DNA of 64,000 nt from the human T2T-CHM13v2.0 reference genome, Homo sapiens: the NCBI RefSeq assembly GCF_009914755.1, contig NC_060936.1; one strand, given 5' to 3'. The translations under genes and the position numbers were made by a program. The notes beneath the pieces were generated by a model that saw only the letters and a program-made list of their open reading frames with translations, did no database searches and was not told the origin of the DNA. Positions 12,759 to 26,831 of the stretch are shown here, in pieces (position 1 is the stretch's first letter; each line of letters opens with the position of its first letter).

Positions 12759-14529
12759 GAAGGAGCCAAGAAAGAGCCAAGAGACAGGAAAGGAAGTGAT
12801 TTCAAGTTTAGGACAATTTAACATAAATTTAAGGAAAATAATTTTTAAAATCTAAAGCAGGAAGTGTTTCCTCAACTATAAGACCAAGAACCAGACCATT
12901 GGAAGTTAAGTGAAATAAATATTGAAAGTTATTTTAGGGCTCTTACCAGATGAAAAAAATAATTTCAAACTGGCTCAGGAAAAGACAGAAGAAAACAATA
13001 AAAAAACAGCAGCCAAAAATACAAGTAAACTAATTTAGTATTTAATCTTGCCAACATTAGTTATAGATGATTTGTAAGAAAAAGTCTGGCAGAATTCCAC
13101 AAGAGAATATTAGAAATAGAATTAAAGAAAGAGTCTAGGCTTGTTGGCCATCCTCTCTTTGTGAATTCTCATCTGAATCTTCATTCTAAGCTGGAAATTC
13201 CTGTAGAATAGTTTATTTATGCAGCTTTCACAGTCAGAAAGATAGAGGAAAAATGAAAAAACTGAGGTGAAAACCAATGGCATACAAGGTGATGGTAAAA
13301 GAAAGGAGCATGCCAAATTCTTGGAGGCTGCAAGGTGCTAGGTAACAATATAAGTAGACACAAAGAAATTGATTACAAATTAGCCAACCATAATAATTTT
13401 GCAGTGATTTAAAAGCAATTAGGGTCGCATCATCATGTTAAAATCGCTTTAATATTCAACTTATCTGTCACCTGTCAAAACAAGTTTTTTTAAATAGTTT
13501 TCATGTAAAATATTTGGTTGGAAATTCAAGAAGATTCAATCTTTGATTATATTTTAATGAATAAAGGACATGAATAAAATAAATCCTACCAACAATCGGA
13601 TTGATTTTTATTATAATATATACTGATGATTGAAATTTGCAGGGATAATTTTATGATTAAAATTTATGTGCCTGGATATGCCAGAAACCAGATAATAAAT
13701 GCACAGAGAAATGATACACCTTCAGTTTGGCACATTAGATTTATTGATTTTGAGAGAGATTTATGTTAAGGACTTTCTAAAGTTGTGTTTTCAAATGACC
13801 CCCAACACCAAAAGGCTGACCTTGTATAGAAAGAATTATCGGTCATTTAAAAAAAATTTCTCCTGACCAATATCCAATTCAATCTATTAAAAACAAGGGG
13901 AGAAATTTGTTTGAATGAAGAACAACATTTCATAGGAAGAATTTATGAGTAATTATCTTAGAAAATATGGTTTTTCTCATTTCCTCACCTCACTTCCTCC
14001 TAAAATGTTTTGGATAGTTCCCAAGTGTTATTTCATATACTTAAATCCAAGGTGTAATAGGTTACTCTATTTCCCTGTTGATTTTAACTCTAAAATGTGG
14101 ATTCAGGATTACACTCCACTTCTCTATTACTAGTTTAGCTTTTTGGCATGTTATCTTCTTTTCAAATTTTATTCTAATGTAACAAAATTGCTCTCTAACA
14201 ATTCACAGAAGAAAACAAATTGATGTTTTGCTTAATTCTTTAACTTTTTTTCTTATTTTTACTGCTATATATAGACAAGTTCAAAGCTATGTCTTATATC
14301 TGAGAAAATAAACCCTGCATGCCAGACACCAAGAAATATTCAATTTGTAGTAGCTGAAAACTATAATCTGAATGTTAGGATATTCTTTTATTATTGTTGC
14401 TATTATTATGTTATTATAGTTCAAGAAAGTTATCTCAATTTACCCTCTCAGGTAAAATATTATCCCTTTGGTAGGTCTTATTACGGCAAGACATGAGCTT
14501 TTAAATATTTTTATTAACTTGATACACAG

Positions 14530-14846
14530 TTTTTTTTTTGTTTGTTTGTTTTTTGTTTTTGACAGAGTCTCGCTCTGTCACAAGGCTGCAGTGCAATGGC
14601 ACAAACTTGGATCTCGGCTCACTGCAATCTCTGCCTCCCAGGTTCAAGCAATACTTGTGCTTCAGCCTCCCAAGTAGCTTGGATTACAAGCACATACCAC
14701 CTTGCCCAGCTAATTTTTGTATTTTTAGTAGAGACAGGGTTTCACCATGTTACCTAGGCTGCTCTTGAACTCCTGACCTCAGGTGATCTACTTGCGCTGG
14801 CCTCCCAAAGTGCTGGGATTATAGGTGTGAGCCACCATGCCCAGCC
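14530..14846 (-). mobile_element. AluS (Sx-like)
   Basis: T-rich tail, both arms, CCTGACCTCAGGTGATC. Short TSD CACAGT; ~7-nt internal duplication near 14600. Confidence 0.92.
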
Positions 14847-15002
14847 TCACAGTCGCTTTCTTGACAGGCTATTTGAAGAGTTTTCACACAGTTATTATAA
14901 CGACATTAATCAGCAGCATGTAATCTATATTTGAAATGTTAAATCTATTGCACAATTATTTCTGTATTTTATTTATGTTCTTTTTATGAAAAATGTATTT
15001 CT

Positions 15003-16073
15003 TTCTCTGAAGTTTTTTTATTTCAGTATTTAGGAGGTACAAGTGCAGCTTTGTTACATGGATACACTGCACAGTGGTGACATCTGGGCTTTCAGTGTAC
15101 CCATCATCCAAATAGTAAACACTGTACCCAGTAGGTAGTTTTCCAACCTTCCCACCCTCTCATCCACCTTTGGGAGGCTCCAATGACTACTTTTTAACTT
15201 TGTATGTCCATGTGTACCCATTGTTTAGCTCTCACTTATACATGAGAACATGCAGCATTTGACTTACTGTTTGAGTTTTTTCACTTAAGATAATGGCCAT
15301 CAGTTCCATTCATGTTGAAACAAAACAAACAAACAAAAAAACTCTGATTTCATATTTTTTAATGGCTGAGTAGTATTCCATGGTGTGTGTGTGTGGATAC
15401 ACACCATCTTTTCTTTATCCAGTCCTCCACTGATGGACACAGGTTGGGTCCATGAGTTTGCTACTATAGTGTTGCAATAAACACACAAGTGCAAGTGTCT
15501 TTTTTATGTAACGATTTTGTTTCCCTTTGGTAGATATCCCGTGGTGGGATTGCTGGATCAAATGGTATTTTTAGTTCTAGTTCTTTGAGAAATCTTGATA
15601 CTGCTTTCCATAGAAGTACTAGTTTATATTCCCACCAACAATGTTTAAGTGGTTACTTTTCTCTTTATTCTTGATGACATCTGCTGTCTTTTGACTCATT
15701 AGTAATAGCCATTCTGACTGGTGTAAGATGGTATCTTATTGTGGTTTTAATATGCCTTTCTCTGATGATTAGTGATGTTAAGCATTTTTTCATGTGCTTT
15801 TTGACCACATCCATGTCTTCTTTTGAAAAATGTCTATTCGTGACCTTCGCCCACTTTATAATGGAGTTTATTTGTGTTTTTTTCATTGAGTTGTTGGAGG
15901 TCCTTGTGGAATCTAGATATTAGATTTTTGTCAGATGCACAGTTTGCAAATGTTTTCTCCTGTTCTGCACATTTTGTTTACTCTGTTGATTATTTCTTTT
16001 GCTATGCAGCACATTCAAAAGATTACATAATAGAATTAAGTGGGGTTCACTCCTGGTATACAAGGATGGTTCC
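15003..16073 (-). mobile_element. L1PB4-like 3' fragment with short inverted 5' segment
   Basis: GTTACATGGATA..GTGGTGA..CTGGGCTTT.AGTGTACCCATCA 3'UTR. Plus-strand ORF2 piece at ~16007-16072. TSD TGAAAAATGTATTTCT / TGAGAAATATCTTTCT. Confidence 0.85.
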
Positions 16074-16189
16074 TGAGAAATATCTTTCTAATAAACTCTA
16101 CTATTCTTCAATGCAAATATTCAAATTTGAAAAAAAAAACGTTTATTTCTCATGTGGCTCCAAGTAATTATTATTATTTTTTATTTTGC

Positions 16190-16570
16190 AAATATATTTG
16201 TGTATCTACTACATGCAGTCACTACTCTAAGCATTGAAAGTGAAATGGTAAGTCAAATGAAAGTTGCTTCAGCCTCTCTGGTGAGTACAGATTTCATTAA
16301 GAAAATGGATATTCCGATATAAATTAAAGAAACATAATTTCAAAGTAAGGAAAAGTACAGAGTACTGTGAAATTTTAAAAGGTAAAAGGTGAACTGCTAC
16401 ATTATGTATGTAATGTAATGGATGAATTTCCTGAATAGGTGAACATTTAGTTGACATCTAAAGAAAAAGTAGGAATTAATAAAGCTAATAAATGAAGAAA
16501 TACCACATATTAGAAATATATAAAGTTCCAAGGGAAAGAGGGAGAACAGTGGTGTCAAATAACTGAAAGA
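16190..16570 (-). mobile_element. L2 relic
   Basis: AAATATATTTGTGTATCTACTACATGCAGTCACTACTCTAAGCA resembles the reverse L2 3' end. Confidence 0.5.
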
Positions 16571-16884
16571 CAGTGATTGTTATCCCCATTTTGAGCTAAG
16601 GCTTAGAGTGACATAATCTTACAGTAGTCTAGAGTGACTTTATCAACATCTCACTGCTAAGCAGATGGAAGTATATCTAAATTCAAACTGTTTTTTTCTT
16701 ATGATAAAATCTCCTGATGGTATAGTTAAATCCAAAATTGTAATCACAATATGGAAGAACTGTCATGGTTTGGCCTCTCTTACGATCTAATTTTCTATTC
16801 CATTTTATCATATGACATATATTCCAGCCAAATAAAATGGTAATATCTTAGAAATCACAAACCAAACCTCATTCATATTTCTAG

Positions 16885-17100
16885 CCCCTCAGGACCTGGC
16901 AAAATATCTTGCTGTTGTAGAAACTCAATACATATTTATTGAATTATCATTGAAATTCCTATTGCCATGAAAGTGTGGTTTCAACTGTAAAACAGAAAAT
17001 GTATAGTGCATATCAAACAAAATGCAGAAGTAGTTTTGTTTATTGTTGCAATTTTTTTTGAGTAGAAAAATGTACTTCACCAACATAATATGATAAACAA
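16885..17100 (+). repeat. Local duplicated segment, copy 1 (donor)
   Basis: CCCCTCAGGACCTGGCAAAATA...ATAATATGATAAACAA recurs, diverged, at 18403-18616. Confidence 0.9.
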
Positions 17101-18079
17101 ATTTTTATGATAACTGTTGCCCAACATAGAGTGGGTCATTTTCAGTAAAGGATTAATTAACCCCTTAGGAAAAGAAGTATGGTCTCAAATATATAAAATT
17201 ATATAAAATTATAAAATATTTTAAAGATTTTTTCATAAACAAATAATTTATGTCATCTTGCTTCATTTTACACAGTTTTAAAGAGGGCTTAAATGTTAAA
17301 TATTTTTGAAATATAGTAGGCTATGAAAAACAATAATTAATATTTCTTATCTCAGAAACCCAGTTCATTGTTGCCTGCAATTCTGTGACCTGCTTTGTAT
17401 AGTCAATTTATAATGGAGAATTGTCATATGAATTAATAAACTGATAAGTTCACTTTTCAATTACACTTACAAAGTGACATTACTAAATAAACTCATTTTC
17501 TAATTATAAAATACAATTGAGGTATTATTTGAGTTACATTCATTAGTAAAGTTTCTAATTCAATTCTAAAGCTTGATGGTTGGCATTTTATTATGATGAC
17601 TTACATTCTTGGTATATAGTGGTTTTGTTATATTATTCCTTTTTTTGTGTATGTCCCTATTGCACTTATGCCTTCTAACCAGTTATCTGACTCTAAGCTC
17701 TGTCTGTTTAGGGAGAAACCTGTAACAAAGCCTAAGACAACAACTTTGAGTGAATACTTCTCTATGATGAAGCACGAGTTTTTATTACTCCTCTGCCGGT
17801 AGATAGGGTAGGGTGAGACATCCACAGAGATGGCGATGAATAATTTAAATAAATTTCTTACTTAAATGTCACAGCAATCTTTTCAGGAATAAATACTTCC
17901 CATTCCCATTTAATATGAGGAATGAGGTACTCTTCTGGACACACAGCAGTAAGAATTATTTGGCTGTTTTCCTCCTATAATTAGGGTCCATATAGTTGTA
18001 GCCTCCTCAGTTATCCATGAAGCTGTGCTACTTCTTAGGTGGTAGACCCACTGGTTGTGTTTTTGCTTGAGATTGCTTA

Positions 18080-18260
18080 ACAGAGCTCTCACTCTTCTGT
18101 GTTCTATCTGTATGAGCTTGGGAAATTTATGTAAGCTTCCTAAGCTCCAGTTTATTTCTATGTAAAATAAAGATAATAATAACACTCATATTTTAGGGTT
18201 ATTGGGATAAGTAAATAGCATAAAGTGTGTAAAAAACACAGCCTGCTGCCTGGCACTGAA
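18080..18260 (+). mobile_element. MIR
   Basis: Core TGAGCTTGGGAAATT..CAGTTTATTTCTATGTAAAATAAAGATAATAATA. Confidence 0.7.
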
Positions 18261-18289
18261 TCACTTTTGCTGATATTATTTTTTTAATT

Positions 18290-18786
18290 AATTAATTAAT
18301 TCATATTTTTTAACTGAAAAATAAAATTGAATATATATTATGGTAGGCAACATGATGTTTTAAAATGTGTATACATTAAAGAACAGCTAAGTCAAGCAAA
18401 TTCCCCTCAGGACCTGGCAAAATACCTTGCTGTACTAGAAACTCAATAAATATTTATTGAATTTTCATTAAAATTTCCATTGCCAATTAAGTGTGATTTC
18501 AACTATAAAAAAACATATTTGATAGTGTATATCAAATAGAAAAGTAGAAGAGATTTTGTTGGTTGTATTTGTTTTGAGAATAAAAACTAATTTATACAAA
18601 ATAATATGATAAATAATATGCACTAATTTACATACTTATTTTTCTGTGTTTGGTGAAAACACTTAAAATCTATTCTCTTGGCAATTTTCAACTATACAAT
18701 GTATGTTATTAACTACAGTTTCCATGCTGTACAATAGATCTCAAATTTATTCTTCCTAACTAAAACTGTGTATCCTTTGACCAGCT
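18290..18786 (-). mobile_element. L1MA (MA7-MA9-like) 3' end split by an inserted duplicate
   Basis: CAACATGATGTTTT.AAATGTGTATACATT..AAGCAAATT, then after 18616 TATGCA..CATACTTAT..ACACTTAAAATCTATTCTCTTGGCAATTTTCAA. Confidence 0.8.
18403..18616 (+). repeat. Local duplicated segment, copy 2 (inserted)
   Basis: Collinear with 16885-17100 throughout; first 22 nt identical. Confidence 0.9.
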
Positions 18787-18834
18787 GTTATTATTCTTAA
18801 TTGCAGAAACATTAGAAACTAACCTAAGCAGAAT

Positions 18835-18990
18835 TTGAGGCTCCTTCTTAGCCTCTTGTGTTTAAATAAGTTACCTCTATTCCAGGCATCTGTAGAACTA
18901 GAACAGGTTTACTACCTCTAAGGATTTTTTAAAGATAAAAAGGATATGTGTAAAGTGCTCCTAGCACAGTGCCTGACATATTGTAAGGAC
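18835..18990 (+). mobile_element. MIR
   Basis: AAGTTACCTCT..CATCTGTAGAA..TGTAAAGTGCTCCTAGCACAGTGCCTGACATA. Confidence 0.65.
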
Positions 18991-20734
18991 TTCACACACA
19001 AATGTTTCTTACTAGTCATTGTATGAATTATCTTGGTTACGACTTTAATGAAAAGGGAATGGTGTGCCAACAGCAGATGCAAGGACCACCAGCTGAATTT
19101 TAAATCTTTATGAGTTTTTAAATCTTTATGGGACACTATTTGTGTAACAGTATTTGGGTTGGGAGAGGTCCTCAAAGGTGCCAAGTTGCAAGTGTATGAT
19201 TTATGTGGCTGTTCAGAGTAATAGGTTATAAAGAGACTTGGTTATTAACATGGTAAATCTGCTTTTTAAAGTTTAACAGCATTACATAATTAAATCAGAA
19301 CTTATGTTTTTAATGTATAATAATGCAAATTTTACAACCTTTTAGAATATAGGTTTTTAAATTAATTTTGCCAGAGCAAATACCTTAAAGTATGTAGACT
19401 TATTTAAGTAACTCTTTAAGCACATTAAGCAGCTACCTTATTATTATTAAAGTAGCCTCAGTGAAATTACAAGTATGGTCTTATTAAAATACTTTAATTT
19501 TAAATATAAAATTTATTTTTCTTGTTTCTGTGAAAAGGCTTTACTAATTACCAAGAGACATCTGTGGAAACACTGTAAGCTTGGTGATCAGCTGTAAGAA
19601 TTTGGTGATAAGAACCAATCATTATATAATTAAAGATTTAAAGTTATTATTTGTATAAAATTAGCTACTAAACACTTTTTATTATTTCAGAATATGACTA
19701 GCAACATTTACATTATAACTGTTTTGATTTTACTAAGTTTTACATTATCTTATTAAATCATATCCAGAGGTGAGTGATTTATAAAATTTATAGGAAACAA
19801 TCTGAGGATTACAGATGATGAATGCTGTGTATCTGAACATGGGCGTTCCCATACATGGTTCTTTAACTAAATTCAACTATATGTGATCACTTGCATATAT
19901 AAATATATATACGTACATACACATATATACATATATATAAAACTCTTAGAATTTGAAATGTATTCTGGTAAATATGACAGATTTATATGTTATTTATTTA
20001 TATAGATGTAATTCAACAGATTAAGAACATATACAGGCAATTTACAAAATTATAAAAGGAGATTTTGACTATATGTGTCATACATATTCATTTTAGAACT
20101 TGGCTCAAATAAAATGAGGTACCTCTGCACATGTTTTCAACATTTGTGCAAACAACATAATTTTAATTAACATTTTACTCAGTGTGCTATACAGCAAAAA
20201 AATTATTAAATGTATCAGTGATATAAGAAAAATAAATCATTATGTTTTTAGTTACGTGATTATTTTCTGCTATTTATTTTACTCAACTTTATAGAGGTAT
20301 AATTGACAAATAATTATATATATTTAAAGTGTACGAGGTGATGTTTTGATAAACATATGAATTGATTACCACTATAACACTAATTAATATAGCCATCCCC
20401 TCACATCGTTACTGTCTTGCATACGCTGAGAACATTTAAGCTCTCTTAGCAAATTTCAAGTGTACAATACAGCTTACTGACTCTAGCCACCATGCTGTAC
20501 ATTAGATCTGCTTCCTTTAAATTGAAACTTTGTACTCTTTGATCAACATGTTTGAGCAACAAAGGCCAACCCTGGTAACCACCTTCCTATTATCTGCTTC
20601 TATTATTTAGACTTTATTAGATTCCACATTTAATGAGATCATATAGTATTTGTCTTTCTGTGCTTGGCTTATTTCACTTAGCATAATGTCCTCCACATTC
20701 ATTCATGTTGTCACAAATGACATAATTTTCTGAC

Positions 20735-21034
20735 TTTTTTTTGGAGTTGGGGGGACAGGGTCTCACTCTGTCTCCCAGACTGGAGTGCAGTGGCTAAATC
20801 TCAGCTCACCGCAACCTTCGCCTCCCAGGCTCAAGCGATTCTCCTGCCTCAGCCTCCTGAGTAGCTGGGATTATAGGCACATGCTACCACCATCCAGCTA
20901 ATTTTTATATTTTTAGTAGAGATGGGGTTTCACCATGTTGGTTAGGCTGGTCTCAAACTCCTGACCTCAAATGATCCACCTGTCTGGGCTTCCCAAAGTA
21001 CTGGGATTACAGGCATGAGGAACCAGGCCCTGCC
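20735..21034 (-). mobile_element. AluS (Sz/Sx-like)
   Basis: Dimeric Alu; TSD AATTTTCTG at 20724-20732 and 21035-21043. Confidence 0.92.
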
Positions 21035-21384
21035 AATTTTCTGCTTCTTCAGAAGAAAATATTTTAGAAGCATATTTCATTGTATATTTACATCACCATA
21101 TTTTTTAATCCATTGATCCATCAATTAGCTTGATTCTGTATCTTGGCTATTGTGAATAATACTGCAGTGAATATTGGGATGTAGATATCTCTTCAAGATA
21201 CTAATGTCATTTCCTTTGGGTGTATACCTGGAAGTAAGATTGTTGGGTCATATGGTTGTTCTATTTTTAAATTTTTGAAGAACTTCCATACTATTTTTAA
21301 CAATGGCTGTATCAATTTGCATCCCTACCAATAATATACAGATTTCCCTTTTCCGCACATTCTCACCAACACTACTCTCTTTTT

Positions 21385-21990
21385 ATTTTTTCTTTTCTTT
21401 ATATTTTTTTTTTTTGTTTTTTGTATGTACATAGTAGTTACATATATTCATGGGGTACATGAGATATTATGGTAGAGACACAAAATGTGTAATAATCACA
21501 TCATGGAGAATGGGGTATCCAGCCCCCGATGCATTTATTCTTTGTGTTACAAACAATCCAATTACATTCCTTTAGTTATTTTTTAATGTACAAATAAATT
21601 ATTATTAATTATAGCCACCCTGCTGTACCAGCAAATATTGTCCTGTTCATTTCTTCTAAATTTTTCTGTACTCATTAACCATCCACACCTCTCCCCCGAC
21701 CCCCACTACACTTCCCAGTTTCTGGTAACCATCCTTCTATTCTCTATCTCAATGAGTTCAATTATTTTGACTTTTTAGATTCCACAGATAAGTGAAAACA
21801 TGCGATGTTTTTTCTGTGCATGGCTTATTTCACTTAACATAATGACCTCTAGTTTCATTTATGTTTCATTCCACTTGAGTTTTTGCAAATGACAGACTCA
21901 TTCTTTTTTATGGCTGAATGGTACTCTACTGTGCGTAACTACCACATTGTCTTCATCTATTCATCTGTTGATGGACACTTAGGTTGTTTC
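21385..21990 (-). mobile_element. L1MA2/L1MA3-like 3' end nested in L1MA9
   Basis: AATAATCACATCATGGAGAATGGGGTATCC..TTTGTGTTACAAACAATCCAATTACA. Flanking direct repeat beginning CCAACACT at 21366 and 21990. Confidence 0.82.
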
Positions 21991-22042
21991 CAACACTTTT
22001 TATCTTTTATCTTTTTGATGATAGCCATTATAAAAAATGTGA

Positions 22043-22567
<525 letters not shown>

Positions 22568-23763
22568 TAACTCCTTGTTGTATATATGACTTGCAAATAT
22601 GTTCTCCCATTCCATTGGTTTTCTCTTCACTCTGTTAATGTATTCTTTGCTGTGCAGATGTTTAGTTTGATGGAATCCAATTTGTCTACTTTTTCGTTTT
22701 GTTGCCTGTGTTTTGGGGGTCATAACCAAAATAATATTTCCAAGATCAATGTCAAGAAGTATTTTTTTAATGTGTTTTTTTCTGGTAGTTTTATAGCTGC
22801 AGGTCTTATATTCAAGCCTTTTATTTTGGATTGCTTTTTGTATGTGGTCTGAGATAAGCATCCAGTTTCATTCTTCTGCATGTAGACATACAGTTTTCTT
22901 AAAAGCATTCATATTTTTCTATTGTGTGTTCTTGGAACTTTGTCAAATTATCAATTGACTGTAAATGTGTGGATTTATTTATGATACCTTTATTTTGTTA
23001 TTGTTCTATATGTCTGTTTTATGACAGTGCCATACTGTTTTTATTAGTAAAACTTTGAAGTAGATTTTGCAACCAAATAGTGTGACAACTCCAGCTTTGT
23101 TTTTTGTTGTTTGTTTGTTTTTTCTCTATATTGCTTCAGCTATTCTGGGCTCTTAGTAATTTTATATGAGTTTTAGCTTTTCTTTTCCTATTTTTGTGAA
23201 AAACGCCATTGGGAGTTTGATAGGAAGTGCACTGGATATGTATACTGCTTTGAGAAGTATAAATAAAATAAGATTAATTATTCTAATCCATAAATATGAT
23301 ATATCTTTCTATTAATTTGTGGCATCAACTTCCTTCATCAATTTTTATTGTTTATGGTATCCAAATCTTTCAAATTCTTTGCTATATTTATATTTATATT
23401 TTAACTTTTTGATGCTATTGTTAATGGGATTGTTTTCATAATTTGTTTTTTTAATAGTTTGACGTTTGTTTCTATACAACTGTTTCTTTTTATGTTGACT
23501 CTGTATCCTGGAACCTTACTGAATTTGTTTATTAGCTTAAATAGTTTTTGGTGTAATATTTAGTGTTTTTTATATATTAAGAAAATGTCATCTGCAAACA
23601 GAGGCAATTCTACTACTTACTTATTGTTTAGATCATTTTATTTCTTTTTCTTGCCTTATTGTTCTGGCTAGAACTTCCAGAACTATATTAAATAAAAGTG
23701 ACGAGAGTGGCAATTTTTGTCTTTTTCCTGATCTTAGAAGACAAGCTTTTAGTTTTTCTTGAT

Positions 23764-24146
23764 TGATGTGGTTTGGCAATGTGTCCCCAGCTAAATCTCA
23801 TCTGGAATTATAATTTATAATCCCTTCGTGTCAAGGGAGGGAGGTAAATGGATCATGGGGCAGTTTCCTCAATGATGTTGTTGTGAGTTGATGTTCTCAT
23901 CAGATCTCATGATAGTGAGTTCTCAAAAGATCTGATGGTTTTATAAATGTTTAGAAGTTCTTCATTTACTCTTTTCTTTCCTGCTGCCTTGATAAGAAGG
24001 TCTTTGTTTCCCCTTCACCTTCCACCGTGATTGTAAGTTTCCTGAGTCCTCCCTAGCCATGTGGAACTAGGTGTCAAAACTTTATCCTTTATAAATTACC
24101 CAGCCTCGGGTATTTCTTTATAGCAATGTGAAAATGAACTAATACA
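23764..24146 (+). mobile_element. THE1 (THE1D-like) MaLR solo LTR
   Basis: TGATGTGGTTTGGC..GTGTCCCCA..AAATCTCATC start; TTATAAATTACCCAG..TTCTTTATAGCAATGTGAAAATGAACTAATACA end. Confidence 0.88.
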
Positions 24147-24373
24147 ACCATTGAGTATGTTAGCTGTGGGTTTGGCATATATGGTTTTCATTATTTTGAA
24201 GGTCATCCTTTTATTCCCAGTATGTTGAGAATTTTTATCATGAAAGTGTATTAATTTTTATCTCAAGTATTTTCTGCACCTATTAAGATGATCACGTAAT
24301 TTTTATCCTGTATTATGCTAATATGATGTATTTCTGTTATCTTATAAGTTTGGTTTCAATGGTTAACAAATCA

Positions 24374-24707
<334 letters not shown>

Positions 24708-24854
24708 TTATAAGCTATTTATTGATAAGGTTAATCAATTATTATTTGTCTTTAAATTCAAATATCCATATACAACCTAAATTCAAATATAAGAAATTAA
24801 GTAAGATATGAGGAAATCATACTGGCACAGTTAAAAATAATTACATTCAGGATA

Positions 24855-26165
24855 AATCATTAATTCAGTCAGCACAAATGAGGGTCATATAGCAAGCAAT
24901 GTTCTAGGCACCAGAGATACAACAATGAATAAACAGAAAGACAAAAGAAAAACATTGCCTATAAGAGTTTTCCTTCAGTGAGAAAATCAGGTAAGAACTA
25001 AGGTAAATAATTAAAATAATTACATGGTAAATGGTGATACTTGCTGAAGAGAGAAATAAAGGATGTTATAGAAGGTGGTTGTTGGAGAGTTGCATAACAA
25101 GAAGTATTGGAGTTTTCAAAATTAAACATAATAGATGGGAAGAGTTTCATTGAGAAAGTGACAATTTGTTAAACAATTGAATGTGGAGAGGAAGTAAGCC
25201 AGCAGGTAAAGGAGGGAAGAACATTTTAGGTAGAGCAAACAGAAATACAGATGGCCTGAGGTAGAAGCATGCCTAGCATGTTTATAAAAGAGTTAGGAGA
25301 TCAGTATGAGAAAAAAGATAGCAACAGGAAAAGAAGTCAGAAAGATAAAGGGGGCTTAAAATGTGTAGAGCCTTTTCGAATATTATAAGAAATTTGATTT
25401 TTACTCTGTGGTGGGAATACACTAGATGTTTCGCTATAAGAATAATATGGTCTGACTTCTGTTTTGACTGGATCATTCCGATGACTGTGTCAGGAAAAGA
25501 TTGGAGCTGTTTAAGGGTGGAAGCCAAGGCACTATTTGGAAGACTGGTGAAAATAAATCAGGAAAAATATGATGGTGGTTTAGGCTAGGATGGAAGCAGT
25601 AGAAATAGTGAGAAGTGGTCAAGATTGCTGAAGGCCTTTGTTTAGTCTAGGGTGTAATATAAAGAGAGGAGTCGGGTAAGATACTGAGTTTTTTGGCCTG
25701 TGCAGCTTGAAAATAAAATTGTCTTTTGCAGAGGCGGTGAAGAAACAAACTTATCGGGATAGAAAGGATGAGGAGCTCAGTTTTCAGTATGCTGATTTGA
25801 TATTCTTATTATACATGTGGATGAAAACACCAAATAAGAAGTTCATTATGAGTAAAGTGAGGAGAGAGCTGTGGTCTCAAGATACCAATACAGAAGTTGT
25901 TGGAATATTTAAAGAAATTAAGTATTCTCCAAGGATTTAACAAAACTTAAAAAATAAATGAAAAGGAAATTCAAAGAGGTACATTTGGGACAACTCTTAG
26001 GGTTTGGGGAAGATGAGCTCATAAATCAAAGATGAGCAGAAACCCCCATAAATATAGAAGATAAACTGTGAAATGGTGGATTACAGGAAACCAGATGAAA
26101 ACACGAGGTGGGAATGAGGGATGAACTTTGACAGTAGAATGGGTATTGAGAATTGATTTTACTCT
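24855..26165 (-). mobile_element. L2a, ~1.3 kb
   Basis: TGTTCTAGGCACCAGAGATACAACAATGAATAAA, TTTGATTTTTACTCTG, GATGGTGGTTTAGGCTAGGATGG..AGTGAGAAGTGGTCA, GAGCTCAGTTTT. Confidence 0.8.
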
Positions 26166-26831
26166 AAACTTTTAGTTAGAATTCTGAAATTCAAAGGAAT
26201 CTTAGTTTATTCAAAACAATATAATAATTTTATAAATTAGAAAGTGAAGATAATTTTTAATTATGTTTCAATACTGACCAGATAATTATATTAATAGAAA
26301 GTTGTGACCATATTCAAGAATAACAAATAACCGATTCTCAGACTACACATATAGAAATCTATGAGTGTAGAAATGAAGTTTTCTGGGACTAAAAGCATGT
26401 AAAACAAGAGAAAGAAGACATAATTCTTGGCTCTTTAAAATAATAACTCTGAGACAAAAATACCCAGTTTTAGACTAGTGTTACTTTTTCTTCATCCTCT
26501 GCTCATTACCTCCTTTGCTTTTCATGTCTCTAATTGTTTTTCCTTTGGCCACTCCTTACTTGACTGGACATTTTCTGCCACACTCAAAAGTGTAGAGCTT
26601 AGTGGCATACTGAAAATTTTCTGCTTGCCTTCTGAATTAAATCTGAGGTTCACTGGCCGCCTTCTAATTATTTCACCTCCTTTATTTCTCCTTGTTGCAG
26701 TTTTACTGAGCCCCTTATTTTGACAGGTATGATTGATGTTCTTATAACACATTTATAATCTCTAGCCAATTGGCATTTAAAGCATAGACTTCTGGGCATT
26801 TTCTTAAACTTCTTAATTTTTAATATACTTT

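Noticed and set aside
19098-19130. 15-bp direct repeat TTTTAAATCTTTATG
   Set aside because: Simple low-complexity slippage duplication with no further structure.
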